A DNA stretch of 64,000 nt, taken from Bdellovibrionales bacterium. GTDB lineage: Bacteria; Bdellovibrionota; Bdellovibrionia; Bdellovibrionales; UBA1609. This document shows positions 53,737 to 64,000 of the stretch, piece by piece (position 1 is the stretch's first letter; the number at the start of each line of letters is the position of its first letter). The stretch lies in assembly GCA_041690295.1 (NCBI GenBank), contig JAWLHR010000003.1, positions 1 to 64,000 of the forward strand. Reading direction: 5' to 3'. The position numbers and the translations under genes were made by a program. The notes below the pieces were generated by a model, which was not told the origin of the DNA, searched no databases, and saw nothing but the letters and a program-made list of their open reading frames with translations.

Positions 53737-55104
53737 ATGTCAAAAAGAAAGCAGCTTGTTGGCCAATTCGGTCTTATGGCCCTGATTGCCTTAAGTGCGG
53801 GCATTCCCCAGGTTTTCGGGGCCACGCCCAAGCGGGCCACACCAACTGAATATTTCCCTTTGCTGCAGTTGCCCTTGGATGAACCCCAGGTCCAACCGCC
53901 TCGCACGGACCCACCCTCCGCGGAGGACCAGCGCCGCTGGCTGGAATTAAAAAAGTATATCTTAAACGATTCACAACAACGAATTTCCCCCCAGTTTTCC
54001 ATTCCCCATGGACTTTATCAGCGCACCTCTTTTTGGTTCGACATCTATACCCGGTACGGTGAAAACCATCATGTCATTCATCACGTGCGCTATCCGTGGA
54101 TCATCTATCAAGTTTTCGATACAACCCGCACCTTGCAAAACGGTCTCGGACCTCTTTGGCTCAGGCGCGACCGCGCGGAAAAGCTCGCCAGGAAGCAAAC
54201 GGAAAAAATCCGATTAGCGCTCAAGCGGCTCGCACGAAAACGGAATTACCGCCGACTGAAAGGTTTGGAGAAATCTCTTTACGACAAGCTGGCTCATCTT
54301 CCAGGGCCGCGCCAAAAAGTATTTCGGGAAGCCGCGGAAAACGTGCGCTCCCAACTGGGACAAAAAGACTTCTTTTTGCGGGGACTCGCCAATTCCACTC
54401 GCTATTTACCGCATATGGAAGCCGAGTTCAGACGAGCCCAGCTTCCCGTGGAGCTGACTCGACTTCCATTCGTGGAAAGCAGTTTCAATGAGAACGCATA
54501 TTCAAAGGTTGGCGCCAGCGGTATATGGCAGATCATGCCGGAGACCGGTAAGTCCTATTTGATTGTGAATAAATATGTGGATGAACGAAATTCTCCGCTG
54601 AAGGCCACGCAAGCCGCGGCGAAAATTTTGCGTTCCTACTCGCGAGCGCTTGGCGATTGGGCGCTCGCTGTAACGGCCTATAACAACGGAATCGGTAATA
54701 TCCAAAAAGCCATAAAGCACGCCGGCTCTAGGGATTTGGCCACCATTATCGCTCGCTACCATCGCGGCGACTTCAAATTCGCGTCAGGGAATTTCTACAC
54801 CTGCTTTCTCGCGGCACTGCACGCGGAACGCTATCACGAATTGCTTTTTAGAAACTTGCTGCGAAATCCCGTGATCAAACGAGACATCATCCGGTTGGGC
54901 AAGAAAACCCGTGCGCGAAAATTGCCTTCACTTGTGGGTGTGAGCAAAGACGAACTTCTGGAATACAACCGTGATTTGAAAGCGGCTTACCGCCATAATG
55001 CCGTGTTGCCGAAGGGATTTAGACTTTTCGTGCCACCGGCTTCCGATTTGAACCGGACCCGGGCGGTCGGAACTCAAGCCAACCGCCGAGATTCGAAATC
55101 CTGA
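53737..55104 (+). CDS. Lytic transglycosylase (MltD-like)
   Basis: LPFVESSF, GASGIWQIM, AVTAYNNG. Confidence 0.9.
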   Translation: MSKRKQLVGQFGLMALIALSAGIPQVFGATPKRATPTEYFPLLQLPLDEPQVQPPRTDPPSAEDQRRWLELKKYILNDSQQRISPQFSIPHGLYQRTSFWFDIYTRYGENHHVIHHVRYPWIIYQVFDTTRTLQNGLGPLWLRRDRAEKLARKQTEKIRLALKRLARKRNYRRLKGLEKSLYDKLAHLPGPRQKVFREAAENVRSQLGQKDFFLRGLANSTRYLPHMEAEFRRAQLPVELTRLPFVESSFNENAYSKVGASGIWQIMPETGKSYLIVNKYVDERNSPLKATQAAAKILRSYSRALGDWALAVTAYNNGIGNIQKAIKHAGSRDLATIIARYHRGDFKFASGNFYTCFLAALHAERYHELLFRNLLRNPVIKRDIIRLGKKTRARKLPSLVGVSKDELLEYNRDLKAAYRHNAVLPKGFRLFVPPASDLNRTRAVGTQANRRDSKS

Positions 55105-55110
55105 TCGGCC

Positions 55111-57258
55111 TTATAAGCCCGCGGACCAGGTGAGAACCTGAACGTACTCGGGTTCCGCGACCACAATCTGAGCATGTGAATTTTTGGAATTGAGCGGGTG
55201 AATATAAACTGTTTGTAATCCTTTGGGGGCATTGAAAATCACGAATCCACCGCCCGCAATTCCGTGGCGCGATTCCACCACCGCGCCCTGTGCATCAAAG
55301 AACACGATCTGCAACGGTTCGTTGGGAGCCAGACCGGTCATCTCGACTTCATAATCCTGATCATCAACGAAACCCACGACGATTCCGCGGCCGGGAAGGG
55401 CCATTATATTATGTTGATTAAATAGATTCGCCAGCCAATCGCGACGAATCACCGGCACAATAAGGTTCTGGGGTCGACCTGTTAATGTCATGCGGGTGAC
55501 TTCGTATTCGTATCCCGCTTCCGCCTCGACCATAAAAGGATTGGCGCCATTCGCGTACTGGACCAGTCCCTCATTTTGAATGGATACGATGTCATCCGTG
55601 CCCACTAAACGGATTCGCGCTTCGGGGATTTGCGCGGAGCCCAGAAGATCAACCACTTTGAAATGGGTGACATTATTCTCTTCAAGTTCAATATCCACGT
55701 AAGACACGTGTTTCTTTTCCGTCGGGAAAATCTGCGCCGGATAGATCCGGTTGTTCGCGCGCACTCTTAACGCTTGAACGCCCGCTCGCACGTTAACGAA
55801 CGCGAACAAGCCGTTGTTCGAGGTGGTTTTTAGTGAAGAGTCGGGGAGATAGAGTTCATTAAAGTAAACCGGTTTGTAATCGCCCGCCATTTCAACACTC
55901 ACGCCAGCCAAGACTTTACCGTTTCGGCGAACCTGCCCCCAGACAACGGCCGCTTGCGCCGCTTCCTTGCGATCGGTCATCGTCGGCGATTCCAAATTGA
56001 TCAAAGCATCGACCAGTTTATTGGAGAACAGGCGGATATCCTGTGATTGATCAGTGTGGCCAACCACCAACGAAGCCCAATGCTTAGGGGCCGTCGCCCT
56101 GGCCACGAAGCTGGACCTCGCGCTTAAGGCGGAGTTGTTATAAAAACCCTCATCATTCACTTTTTGCGGCTTGGTAAAATTCTCGATTTCAACCTTTGCC
56201 GTACGAACCGGAATTTTGTGTTCGCCATGCGAGTAGCCCGAGATCGCGCGGAAGTTGGCACCCTCGGCGGTTGGCCGTAGGGCTAAACGGATATCCGCGA
56301 TCCGGTTATCTTTCGTGGGGATCGTCTGCAATTGGACAAGATTCAATTCACCGCGACCGAGCACTCGACCATCGCGAGTGGTTAATTCCGCGACCAATTG
56401 TCCCAGCGCACTCTTCACATAGATCTCGAATCGGCCCTCACTGACCCAAATTTTTCCTTTCTCATGGGTCTCGCCGTTCAACACACGTTTCACCACGATT
56501 TCGCTTTCAGGTCCGATGAACGCCAATCCACCGGTCATCTCCACGTGTCCCTGTAACCATAACGGTCGCATAGCATCGGGATTGGGGCGAAAGCTCATCA
56601 CACTGGCGATTGGGTTCGGACTCGTGTCTTCAACGGGTTCCTCAACCGGTGGTGGTTCCTCCTTATGATTATCCGCTTTGGCCACAATGATTTTCGTTCC
56701 CGTGACGGACGGGATGACCTTTTGATCCGGTTTCAAAATCGCTTCCTGGACGAGTTTTTTAGCCCGCGCGGCCGGAGTTTCGAAACTTTCGCGCTCCCGC
56801 GCCAATTGTTGAGCCAGAATTTCTTTGCGCTGTGCGAGAGGGAGTAAGTTTCCTTTTGAATCGGTTAAAGATAATGATGGTGCTGATCGAGTTTTGAATT
56901 CAGTTTGTCCCGCGACATAAAAAGGTTGCGGCGAATCGGCCTCTTGTTTTCGAATCGTCAAACCAGCCATGCGGATCATTCGGTATCCGCTATCCATCTT
57001 GAACGGAACGAACTTTTCCCCGGCGGTGAGTAATTCGCTTTCTTTCGGCCAATTCCGGTCGGGCGGATTGTAATCCTTATTAATATCTTCGAAGGCCGCG
57101 TAAGCCGGTGAGGCCTTATAAGCGGAGACGGAAAGTCCTCCGAAGGTTCCGCGGAAATCAACTTTGTGAATAGTTAAGGGAAAGAGTGTGACCAGCAACG
57201 CGGCTAATCGAGGTGTCCAATAAAAGCGAGCCGGATGGCGAACGTCGTCCCTGATCAT
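55111..57258 (-). CDS. Large hypothetical protein with beta-sandwich (carboxypeptidase-regulatory-like) domains
   Basis: 715-aa ORF; LAGVSVE...GLFAFVNV pattern. Confidence 0.7.
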   Translation of the reverse strand: MIRDDVRHPARFYWTPRLAALLVTLFPLTIHKVDFRGTFGGLSVSAYKASPAYAAFEDINKDYNPPDRNWPKESELLTAGEKFVPFKMDSGYRMIRMAGLTIRKQEADSPQPFYVAGQTEFKTRSAPSLSLTDSKGNLLPLAQRKEILAQQLARERESFETPAARAKKLVQEAILKPDQKVIPSVTGTKIIVAKADNHKEEPPPVEEPVEDTSPNPIASVMSFRPNPDAMRPLWLQGHVEMTGGLAFIGPESEIVVKRVLNGETHEKGKIWVSEGRFEIYVKSALGQLVAELTTRDGRVLGRGELNLVQLQTIPTKDNRIADIRLALRPTAEGANFRAISGYSHGEHKIPVRTAKVEIENFTKPQKVNDEGFYNNSALSARSSFVARATAPKHWASLVVGHTDQSQDIRLFSNKLVDALINLESPTMTDRKEAAQAAVVWGQVRRNGKVLAGVSVEMAGDYKPVYFNELYLPDSSLKTTSNNGLFAFVNVRAGVQALRVRANNRIYPAQIFPTEKKHVSYVDIELEENNVTHFKVVDLLGSAQIPEARIRLVGTDDIVSIQNEGLVQYANGANPFMVEAEAGYEYEVTRMTLTGRPQNLIVPVIRRDWLANLFNQHNIMALPGRGIVVGFVDDQDYEVEMTGLAPNEPLQIVFFDAQGAVVESRHGIAGGGFVIFNAPKGLQTVYIHPLNSKNSHAQIVVAEPEYVQVLTWSAGL

Positions 57259-57272
57259 TCTTGGATAGTCTG

Positions 57273-57746
57273 TTAGAATACTCGAAAATCGTCAATGATG
57301 TTGCGATCTTCGCGACGTTTGGCAAGTTCGTCCTCAATAATCCGGGCGATGTCCTTGGCTAGCATATGGTCGTAATAATCAATCACGTAACGAAAACTAT
57401 CTCCGCGCAAAACGCGCTTTTCATGTGCCACCAAGACTTCGATCGAGTAAGGACGGCGATCTCCCAGTATGAGAATTTTCACGAAATATCGCTCAAGTGC
57501 GTGGCCCGCCGGCTTAATGCTGTTATCACGGCGGTTAACTAAAAAATGTTTGGAGAGAATTTCCCGGCCATTTCCGCTGATGGACCGGTAACCCATGCGC
57601 AAAGCCGCCAATACAGCTGAACGAACGTCTGATAAGGGTGCTTCTACATCGTTGATGTAGACCGTTTCTCTTGGCTTCCCAATGTTACTGAACGTCGAGC
57701 AACCAACCAACAAGCCGAGCGATAGGATAGCAAGATGTTTAAACAT
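57273..57746 (-). CDS. Hypothetical lipoprotein
   Basis: LVGC lipobox. Confidence 0.75.
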   Translation of the reverse strand: MFKHLAILSLGLLVGCSTFSNIGKPRETVYINDVEAPLSDVRSAVLAALRMGYRSISGNGREILSKHFLVNRRDNSIKPAGHALERYFVKILILGDRRPYSIEVLVAHEKRVLRGDSFRYVIDYYDHMLAKDIARIIEDELAKRREDRNIIDDFRVF

Positions 57747-57750
57747 CTCG

Positions 57751-58395
57751 CTATTTTGGCACGTTTTGAGCGTCTTTCAAGAATTGCGCGATGCCTTTAT
57801 CAGTTAATGGATGATTCACCAACTGCTGCATGACTTTATAGGGGCAGGTCACAATGTCCGCGCCAACCATTGCCGCTTCCAGAACATGAATCGGATGTCT
57901 GACACTCGCGACTAAGATCTGAGTATTCAGTGAGTAGTTATGGAAAATCTGAGTAATCTGAGTAATCAAATTCATTCCATTGCTGGAAATATCGTCCAAG
58001 CGCCCGACGAAAGGACTGCAAAGAGTCGCTCCCGCTTTGGCCACCAAGAGTGCTTGCAGAGGTGAGAAGATCAACGTGACATTGGTCTTAATGCCTTCCG
58101 CTGCTAAGCGACGTACCGCGATCAGTCCGTCTTCACTCATGGGAATTTTAACCACGACGTTGTCAGCGATCTTGGCCAGCTCCATGCCTTCACGAACCAT
58201 CTCTTCCGCTTGCAATGAAACCACCTCGGCGGAAACCAGACCTTTGACCTCTTTGCAGATGTCTTTGATCACATCTTCGTGACGACGACCGGTCTTGGCG
58301 ACAAGCGTTGGATTGGTGGTGACGCCATCCACCCAACCTCGACGATTGGCTTGGCGAATTTCTTCTATGTCCGCGGAATCGATATAAAACTGCAT
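57751..58395 (-). CDS. fsa: Transaldolase / fructose-6-phosphate aldolase
   Basis: [29 protein letters not shown]. Confidence 0.95.
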   Translation of the reverse strand: MQFYIDSADIEEIRQANRRGWVDGVTTNPTLVAKTGRRHEDVIKDICKEVKGLVSAEVVSLQAEEMVREGMELAKIADNVVVKIPMSEDGLIAVRRLAAEGIKTNVTLIFSPLQALLVAKAGATLCSPFVGRLDDISSNGMNLITQITQIFHNYSLNTQILVASVRHPIHVLEAAMVGADIVTCPYKVMQQLVNHPLTDKGIAQFLKDAQNVPK

Positions 58396-58416
58396 GGCCT
58401 AAGGGCTCCTATATAT

Positions 58417-59112
58417 TCAATCAACTTGGTAAAGGTCGCTTAATTCATAGAGTCCGGGTTTACCTTTGTCAAATAACCACCATGCGGCCTGGATCGCTCC
58501 ACGGGCAAAGACCCGCCGATGATGGGCTGTATGCCGCAACAATAACGACTCTTCCGGGCCCTCAGCTTCGATCTGATGAACCCCCGGGGAATTTCCGATG
58601 CGGTAACTTCGAATCTTGGGTATGGGTCGATTCAACTGTCTGGCCAGTTCTTCTCCCAGTAACTTAGCGGTTCCGCTAGGTTTATCTTTCTTGTGGCGGT
58701 GATGGGTTTCTTCCATGTGGAAACGCCAATCCCTGATCCTTTTGAACTGCCGAAGCATCGCGGCCATCACCGCAATACCAAGACTCATGTTGGCGGAATA
58801 GAGGAGCGGAATTTGCCGCGCCGCTTTTTTCATTAAGCTCCGGTCACTCGGCTTCAGTCCAGTGGTTCCGGAAACGAGAGGGACTTTATTCCGTCGGCAC
58901 CATTCAACGGCGGCGCGAAAACCCTCCGGCGTGGAGAAGTCGACAACCAAATCCAATTCCCGCGATCGCCCTTTCGGCCAATCTTCCGGCGCATCCACTT
59001 TCTTTATGATTTGGATTCGCGATTTGGAGGCCAAGCGCGTGATCTCACGCCCCATCCTTCCTTTCGCTCCAACCAAAATGATTTTCAGAGTTTTCCGATG
59101 GCGGCGAGGCAC
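58417..59112 (-). CDS. dapB: 4-hydroxy-tetrahydrodipicolinate reductase
   Basis: GAKGRMG, GTTG, ETHHRHKKDKPSGTA. Confidence 0.95.
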   Translation of the reverse strand: MPRRHRKTLKIILVGAKGRMGREITRLASKSRIQIIKKVDAPEDWPKGRSRELDLVVDFSTPEGFRAAVEWCRRNKVPLVSGTTGLKPSDRSLMKKAARQIPLLYSANMSLGIAVMAAMLRQFKRIRDWRFHMEETHHRHKKDKPSGTAKLLGEELARQLNRPIPKIRSYRIGNSPGVHQIEAEGPEESLLLRHTAHHRRVFARGAIQAAWWLFDKGKPGLYELSDLYQVD

Positions 59113-59948
59113 GTTCTAAAATCCTTATGATAACGCTCATCCAATGCCACGAGCGGCGGGCGCAGTTCCGGACTGTTGAAGATCCCCATCCAATGAAGCG
59201 CCATTTTGAGGGGAATCGGATTGGCTTCGATGTAGAGCAGTCGGAAAAACTCCGCATATTTCTTTTGGTAATCAGCGGAAGAACGGGCGGCGATATGCTC
59301 CTTCATTTCCGCGCCGATAATGTGCGAACTCACGGAAATCACTCCATGACCGCCAAGTCGGCAAAACTCCACGGAGCTGGCGTCGTCACCTGATAACAAA
59401 ATAAATTCCTCGCTCACCAGGCTTTTGATTTTGGCGAGGAGATCCATATTCCCCGTGGCTTCCTTGATGCCCACGATATTCTTGTTCCGAGCTAATTCAG
59501 CGATCGTTTCCGCTTCAAGTCCCGCCACCGTTCGCGAAGGCACGTTGTAGAGAATGACCGGAACGGATGAAGCCTCGGCCACCGCTTGAAAATGACGGAG
59601 CAATCCGCGCTGTGGGGGCCGATTGTAATAAGGAACCACCGAAAGCACCGCGTCCGCTTGCAAACGGCTCGCGCGGGCTGAAAGTTCACAGGCGTTTTGG
59701 GTGTTGTTGGATCCGGTCCCAATGATCAATGGCACTTGTCCGGCCACTTCATTCTTAGCCAAATTAAAAAGATCTTCGACTTCATTCCACGTAAGCGTGG
59801 GACTTTCCCCCGTCGTGCCGTTGATGACGAAACCGTCGACACCTTGATCCAATTGTGACTTGATCAAACGAACGAATGAATTCTTATCGACCTGGCCTTC
59901 CTTAAAAGGAGTGGCGAGAGCCGTGATCACACCAGTGAATTTGGTCAT
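59085..59948 (-). CDS. dapA: 4-hydroxy-tetrahydrodipicolinate synthase
   Basis: GTTGES, YNVPSRT, IKEATG. Confidence 0.97.
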   Translation of the reverse strand: MTKFTGVITALATPFKEGQVDKNSFVRLIKSQLDQGVDGFVINGTTGESPTLTWNEVEDLFNLAKNEVAGQVPLIIGTGSNNTQNACELSARASRLQADAVLSVVPYYNRPPQRGLLRHFQAVAEASSVPVILYNVPSRTVAGLEAETIAELARNKNIVGIKEATGNMDLLAKIKSLVSEEFILLSGDDASSVEFCRLGGHGVISVSSHIIGAEMKEHIAARSSADYQKKYAEFFRLLYIEANPIPLKMALHWMGIFNSPELRPPLVALDERYHKDFRTCLAAIGKL

Positions 59949-60178
59949 CTCTCATCTTCCTCGGGTTCGGTTTCATTGACCTCTTCTTCGTCGTGGATGG
60001 AGCGATGTTGCTGGATTTGAATCCCCTCGGTGGCACGCCGGTAAGTCGGACGACCCCGACCCAATTCGACGGGCCGTTCAGGCGGGAGCGGATCACCTTT
60101 AACGCCACAGCCGATCAACAACAGACTCCACAGAAGCGGAAGCCGTTTAAATATCGCTTTTGTTCGCGGCCAATTCAT
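59945..60178 (-). CDS. Small lipoprotein (LptM/YifL-like)
   Basis: GCGVKGDPLPP motif. Confidence 0.7.
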   Translation of the reverse strand: MNWPRTKAIFKRLPLLWSLLLIGCGVKGDPLPPERPVELGRGRPTYRRATEGIQIQQHRSIHDEEEVNETEPEEDER

Positions 60179-60974
60179 CGTCCACTTCTTTCACCCGAGT
60201 GCAAAGATCGGGCTCATAGGAGAAACGCTTCCGTTCACGCAACGTCAGACTTTTGCAAATCATCGAGTATTTCTGTAACCACGGCGTGGTTTCTCGTTCC
60301 AAGACCCGGGCCGCCGACGCCAGATGATAGTAAGCCTCGGGAAACTGGGGAAACTCGTCCACGATTTTTGTCAAAGCGTCGAAGGCTTTGCCGCTTGAGT
60401 TCTGGCGGATCTGTTCTTGCGCCATCAAGTATTGAACGAACGATTGATCCCACTTCTCACTGAGATTCAAGCTTTTCACTTTCTCCCGGAAAAGATCATA
60501 TTTTTTCGCGCAGAGAAGACCGCGCAATTCCAGAACCGCCAACTCCGGCGCATGAGGGTTTAGTCCACGGGCCATTTCCAAATTCACCAAGGCCGCATCG
60601 CAATCACGCTTGATCATCTGCGCGCGAGCCAAATTCGCGAGAATCAGTACGTTTTCATCTTCCAGATTTTTCGCCTCGCGAAGTTGCGTGAGCGCCATGT
60701 CGGGGTTTTCAAACAAAAGGACCTGACCCGATTCAAAAAGCTTTTGCCCTTTGTCGGTGAAAAAAACTTTTGAAACCTGATTGAGACTTTCGATCAACTT
60801 GGAGCGTCCGCGCACCTGAGGTGCGGTGGATTTGTAAGCGCGATTCAAAACGGCGCAAGCTTCCTTGCGGTTCTTTTTCAAGGCGAGAGCCTGGGCTTGC
60901 TCGATCGCGGCTGTAATGGAGTCGCTGGGCATCGCCGGCAGGTGCAGCGACATCATCAATATCATCCAGATCAT
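60147..60974 (-). CDS. TPR-like protein
   Basis: Helical repeats, FPEAYYHLA. Confidence 0.7.
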   Translation of the reverse strand: MIWMILMMSLHLPAMPSDSITAAIEQAQALALKKNRKEACAVLNRAYKSTAPQVRGRSKLIESLNQVSKVFFTDKGQKLFESGQVLLFENPDMALTQLREAKNLEDENVLILANLARAQMIKRDCDAALVNLEMARGLNPHAPELAVLELRGLLCAKKYDLFREKVKSLNLSEKWDQSFVQYLMAQEQIRQNSSGKAFDALTKIVDEFPQFPEAYYHLASAARVLERETTPWLQKYSMICKSLTLRERKRFSYEPDLCTRVKEVDDELAANKSDI

Positions 60975-61011
60975 GACCGATTAATTGACCAGCTTCGTCG
61001 TAAGAAGGCAA

Positions 61012-63327
61012 CTATTTCGGCATTTCACGCACTAAGACCTGACGCGGCTTGGATCCATTGGCTGGTCCCACCACGCCTTCGGCCTCAAAAATTTCGATCA
61101 TGCGCGCGGCGCGGGGATATCCCAGCCGGAACTTTCGTTGCAAAAGAGAGGCGCTGACTTCGCGCTGCGATGCCACCCAGGCGAGGACTTCATCGTAACG
61201 CTCATCCTTGATTTCATCGTCGTCAAAACCATCGGCACCGTCTCCACCCACCGAGGGATCCAGATCATAGCCGCCGCCTGAACCCTCGATCGCACGCATG
61301 GCGAGCGGATCATATTCCGGTTCTCCCTGGCGCTTCCATTCGCGCACCACCTGGGCGATCTCGAACTCACTTAAGAACGGTCCGTGATGACGTTCCGGTT
61401 TTGAAACACCTGGTGCAAGAAAGAGCATGTCACCACGCGCCAGCAAACGTTCCGCGCCACTCTCATCAAGAATAATGCGCGAATCCATTTTGCTCGCCAC
61501 CTTGAAGCTGATCCGGCCTGGAATATTGGTTTTGATCAAACCCGTAACCACATCCTTGCGCGGACTCTGCATCGCCAACACCAAATGAATTCCACAGGCG
61601 CGCGCCATCTGGGCCAAGCGAACAACCGCTTGTTCCACATTGACCTTGTCCACCGCCATCAGATCACCGAACTCTTCCACGACGATGACAATGTAGGGGA
61701 GCGGCTGAAAGTAGTAGGACTCGGGGTGGTACGCTCCTTCCAAAGAGGCGGTGAACTCGGAGTGAAGCGCCACTTGTTCGGCGGATAAATTTTCCACGAG
61801 TTCGTTGAATGATTCCAATCCCCGCGCGCCGAACTTGGACATGGATCTGTACCGCTTTTCCATTTCGCGAATCGCCCAACGAAGCGCGCCCACCGCTTTT
61901 TTCGGTTCGCGAATCGGGGGCATGACAAGATGGGGAATATCATTGAAGGCGGCCAGATCCACCTGCTTGGGATCAACCAGAATGAATTTCAGTGTCCGAG
62001 GCGAATGACGGAACAACAGTCCCGTGATCATTGAAACAACGAAGACCGATTTACCGGATCCCGTGGAACCCGCCACAAGCAAGTGCGGCATTTTTCGTAA
62101 ATCCACGATGCGCGGTTCTCCGTCCGCTTTTCTTCCTAAGGCCACGGGAAGTTTAACGTCATCGTTCCAAAAGGGCTCTTGCGAGATGATGTCCTTGAGA
62201 TAAACCGATTCTCTTTGGGAGTTCGAAGTTTCTATACCCACGACATCACGCCCCGGAATGGGCGCGATGATACGCACGGATTCACTGCTTAACGCCAATG
62301 ACAAATCATCCGCCAGTTCCGTGATCTTGCTGATTTTCACGTCGGCGGCGGGTTTGAATTCGAACATCGTCACGGCGGGACCCGGCTTAATTCCCACGAC
62401 TTCCCCGCGCACGGAAAATTGCGCGAGCTTTTCAACCAGGAGCCGGGCCTTCATCTTGATTTCACGTTCATCCAAACGGGTGCCCGAGTGGGGCGGATCC
62501 TCAAGAAGAGAAATCTTGGGCAATTCCCAATTGGCCACCCGGCGGGAAATCCGACCGAGAGAAATCCGTTTCGATTTCTCCTTCCGCTTACTGATTTGCT
62601 CGGTTAAAAATCCGCTCAGCGGCGCTTTGAAATCTTCTTCGGGTTCATCGATTTCATCGTCCTTTTCCGCGGACTTCGTTTGCGTGATTTTAAAGAATGT
62701 CTTGTTGGGAGCGGGCGTGGCCGGCGGTTGAACACGAACCTTGACCGGGGGCGAACTGAACCAGGCCGCCAGTTTTCTCACCTTCGCGGTCAAGACGTGA
62801 ATCGCGTCTTGGATTGTCCGGACCGGGCGGCTGAGAAGTTCCAACCAGGATTGTTCAGTGTAGATGACGATCATGGCGGCCAACCACGACCACAGGATGA
62901 TCGCCAGCCCCACTTTGTTGACCCCTTTGACCAGCACCGAAGACAGCATGGCACCGATCCAACCTCCCACACGCACATGGCCATTGAAAAATCGCCATTC
63001 ACCCCAATGGAGCGCGAGGAGCGCGGTCACGTTGATGATTAACAAAAGTTCAAACCACCATCGCGAGGACATGTTCCGGCTACGGGTGCGGCGAAGCGCG
63101 CCCCATACAAGCAGCCACGCGGGAAGTCCGAAAGCTTGATAAAAAAGGTCGGCCATGAATGAGCCGAAGTAACCGCACCAATTTTTTGGTCGCACGCTTG
63201 AGATCAAGGAATTAAACGATGGATCTTCAGGTGTGTAACTGGCCAGGGACGCACCTATGAACACCGCTACCGCGAGCCAGAAAAGAGCCTTCAAATCATT
63301 GTGAAATTTTTCGAATATACGTTTCAT
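61012..63327 (-). CDS. ftsK: DNA translocase FtsK
   Basis: N-terminal TMs, PHLLVAGSTGSGKS, LQRKFRLGYPRAAR gamma domain. Confidence 0.97.
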   Translation of the reverse strand: MKRIFEKFHNDLKALFWLAVAVFIGASLASYTPEDPSFNSLISSVRPKNWCGYFGSFMADLFYQAFGLPAWLLVWGALRRTRSRNMSSRWWFELLLIINVTALLALHWGEWRFFNGHVRVGGWIGAMLSSVLVKGVNKVGLAIILWSWLAAMIVIYTEQSWLELLSRPVRTIQDAIHVLTAKVRKLAAWFSSPPVKVRVQPPATPAPNKTFFKITQTKSAEKDDEIDEPEEDFKAPLSGFLTEQISKRKEKSKRISLGRISRRVANWELPKISLLEDPPHSGTRLDEREIKMKARLLVEKLAQFSVRGEVVGIKPGPAVTMFEFKPAADVKISKITELADDLSLALSSESVRIIAPIPGRDVVGIETSNSQRESVYLKDIISQEPFWNDDVKLPVALGRKADGEPRIVDLRKMPHLLVAGSTGSGKSVFVVSMITGLLFRHSPRTLKFILVDPKQVDLAAFNDIPHLVMPPIREPKKAVGALRWAIREMEKRYRSMSKFGARGLESFNELVENLSAEQVALHSEFTASLEGAYHPESYYFQPLPYIVIVVEEFGDLMAVDKVNVEQAVVRLAQMARACGIHLVLAMQSPRKDVVTGLIKTNIPGRISFKVASKMDSRIILDESGAERLLARGDMLFLAPGVSKPERHHGPFLSEFEIAQVVREWKRQGEPEYDPLAMRAIEGSGGGYDLDPSVGGDGADGFDDDEIKDERYDEVLAWVASQREVSASLLQRKFRLGYPRAARMIEIFEAEGVVGPANGSKPRQVLVREMPK

Positions 63328-63407
63328 TACGACAGTTTATGAGAGCCTCTCCAGTAATGAAAGTCTGGATTTCGGACCGGCTCTAGTGTAAGTCTCAAGG
63401 CCAACGT

Positions 63408-64000
63408 ATGGCCGGCGAACCCCGAATCAAGATCAATGAGATTTTCTTTAGTATTCAAGGTGAATCCTCATGGGTGGGGCGTCCGACCGTTTTCGTTCGC
63501 ACTTCGGGTTGTCATCTGCGTTGCACCTACTGCGACACGACTTACGCCTATCATGAAGGCGAATACATGACGCTAGATCAAATCATCGAGAAGGTCAGAA
63601 GTTACTCGGCCGAATATGTTTGTGTCACGGGCGGTGAACCGCTTTTACAAACGGGCGTCATGCAACTGATGTCGAAACTTTGTGATTTGGGGTTCCATGT
63701 TTCTTTGGAAACAAGCGGCGATAAGGACTGCACGAATGTCGATTCCCGTGTCAAAAAAATAATTGACGTGAAAACTCCTGATAGCGGCGAGGCCGGAAAG
63801 TTTGACTTCAATAATTTACGCTTTGCCGACACCGACACGGAATTCAAGTTCGTGATTTGTTCGCCGGCCGATTTCGATTGGGCGGAAGAGTTCGCGCATA
63901 AAAATAAACTTTTTGAAAAATCAAATGTTTTATACAGCCCATCATTCAAAAATACCGATCCCCGGTGGCTTGCTGAAAAAATATTAGCGTCCAAGTCAAG
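63408..64000 (+). CDS. queE: 7-carboxy-7-deazaguanine synthase (runs off window)
   Basis: INEIFFSIQGES, GCHLRCTYCDT, VTGGEPL; not listed in the ORF track. Confidence 0.9.
   Translation, partial: MAGEPRIKINEIFFSIQGESSWVGRPTVFVRTSGCHLRCTYCDTTYAYHEGEYMTLDQIIEKVRSYSAEYVCVTGGEPLLQTGVMQLMSKLCDLGFHVSLETSGDKDCTNVDSRVKKIIDVKTPDSGEAGKFDFNNLRFADTDTEFKFVICSPADFDWAEEFAHKNKLFEKSNVLYSPSFKNTDPRWLAEKILASKS

Noticed and set aside
63602..63994. 130-aa minus-strand ORF
   Set aside because: Antisense to queE

Overview
A 64 kb bacterial chromosomal segment, almost certainly from a predatory Bdellovibrionota: it carries a near-identical homologue of the Bdellovibrio histone Bd0055 next to ligA/gatCAB, and an AglRQS-type ExbB/ExbD/ExbD motor. 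The right half (34.2-64 kb) is conserved core genome: serS, a TPR protein, murA-prmC-prfA-rho, PilZ, LysM, ppx, gatBAC, ligA, histone, a lytic transglycosylase, fsa, dapBA, ftsK and queE. The left half is more accessory. It holds a probable IS481 end abutting a beta-helix/FGE(CLec)-fold lipoprotein, pstSCAB with a Pho-box-like repeat, ompA and ddl. It also has a six-gene surface-glycosylation cassette (2-epimerase, GT2, GT-C-like protein, flippase, formyltransferase, ArnD-like deacylase) and a patchwork region next to tRNA-Ser. The best candidate for an undescribed system is at 25.7-32.2 kb: two translationally coupled radical SAM genes with mirror-image domain order (RS-Twitch, then Twitch-RS). 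They are divergent from a 51-codon ORF, an acyl-adenylate ligase and an SGNH protein, which converge on an MBOAT acyltransferase. All calls come from reading the sequence and recognising motifs; no database searches were run.
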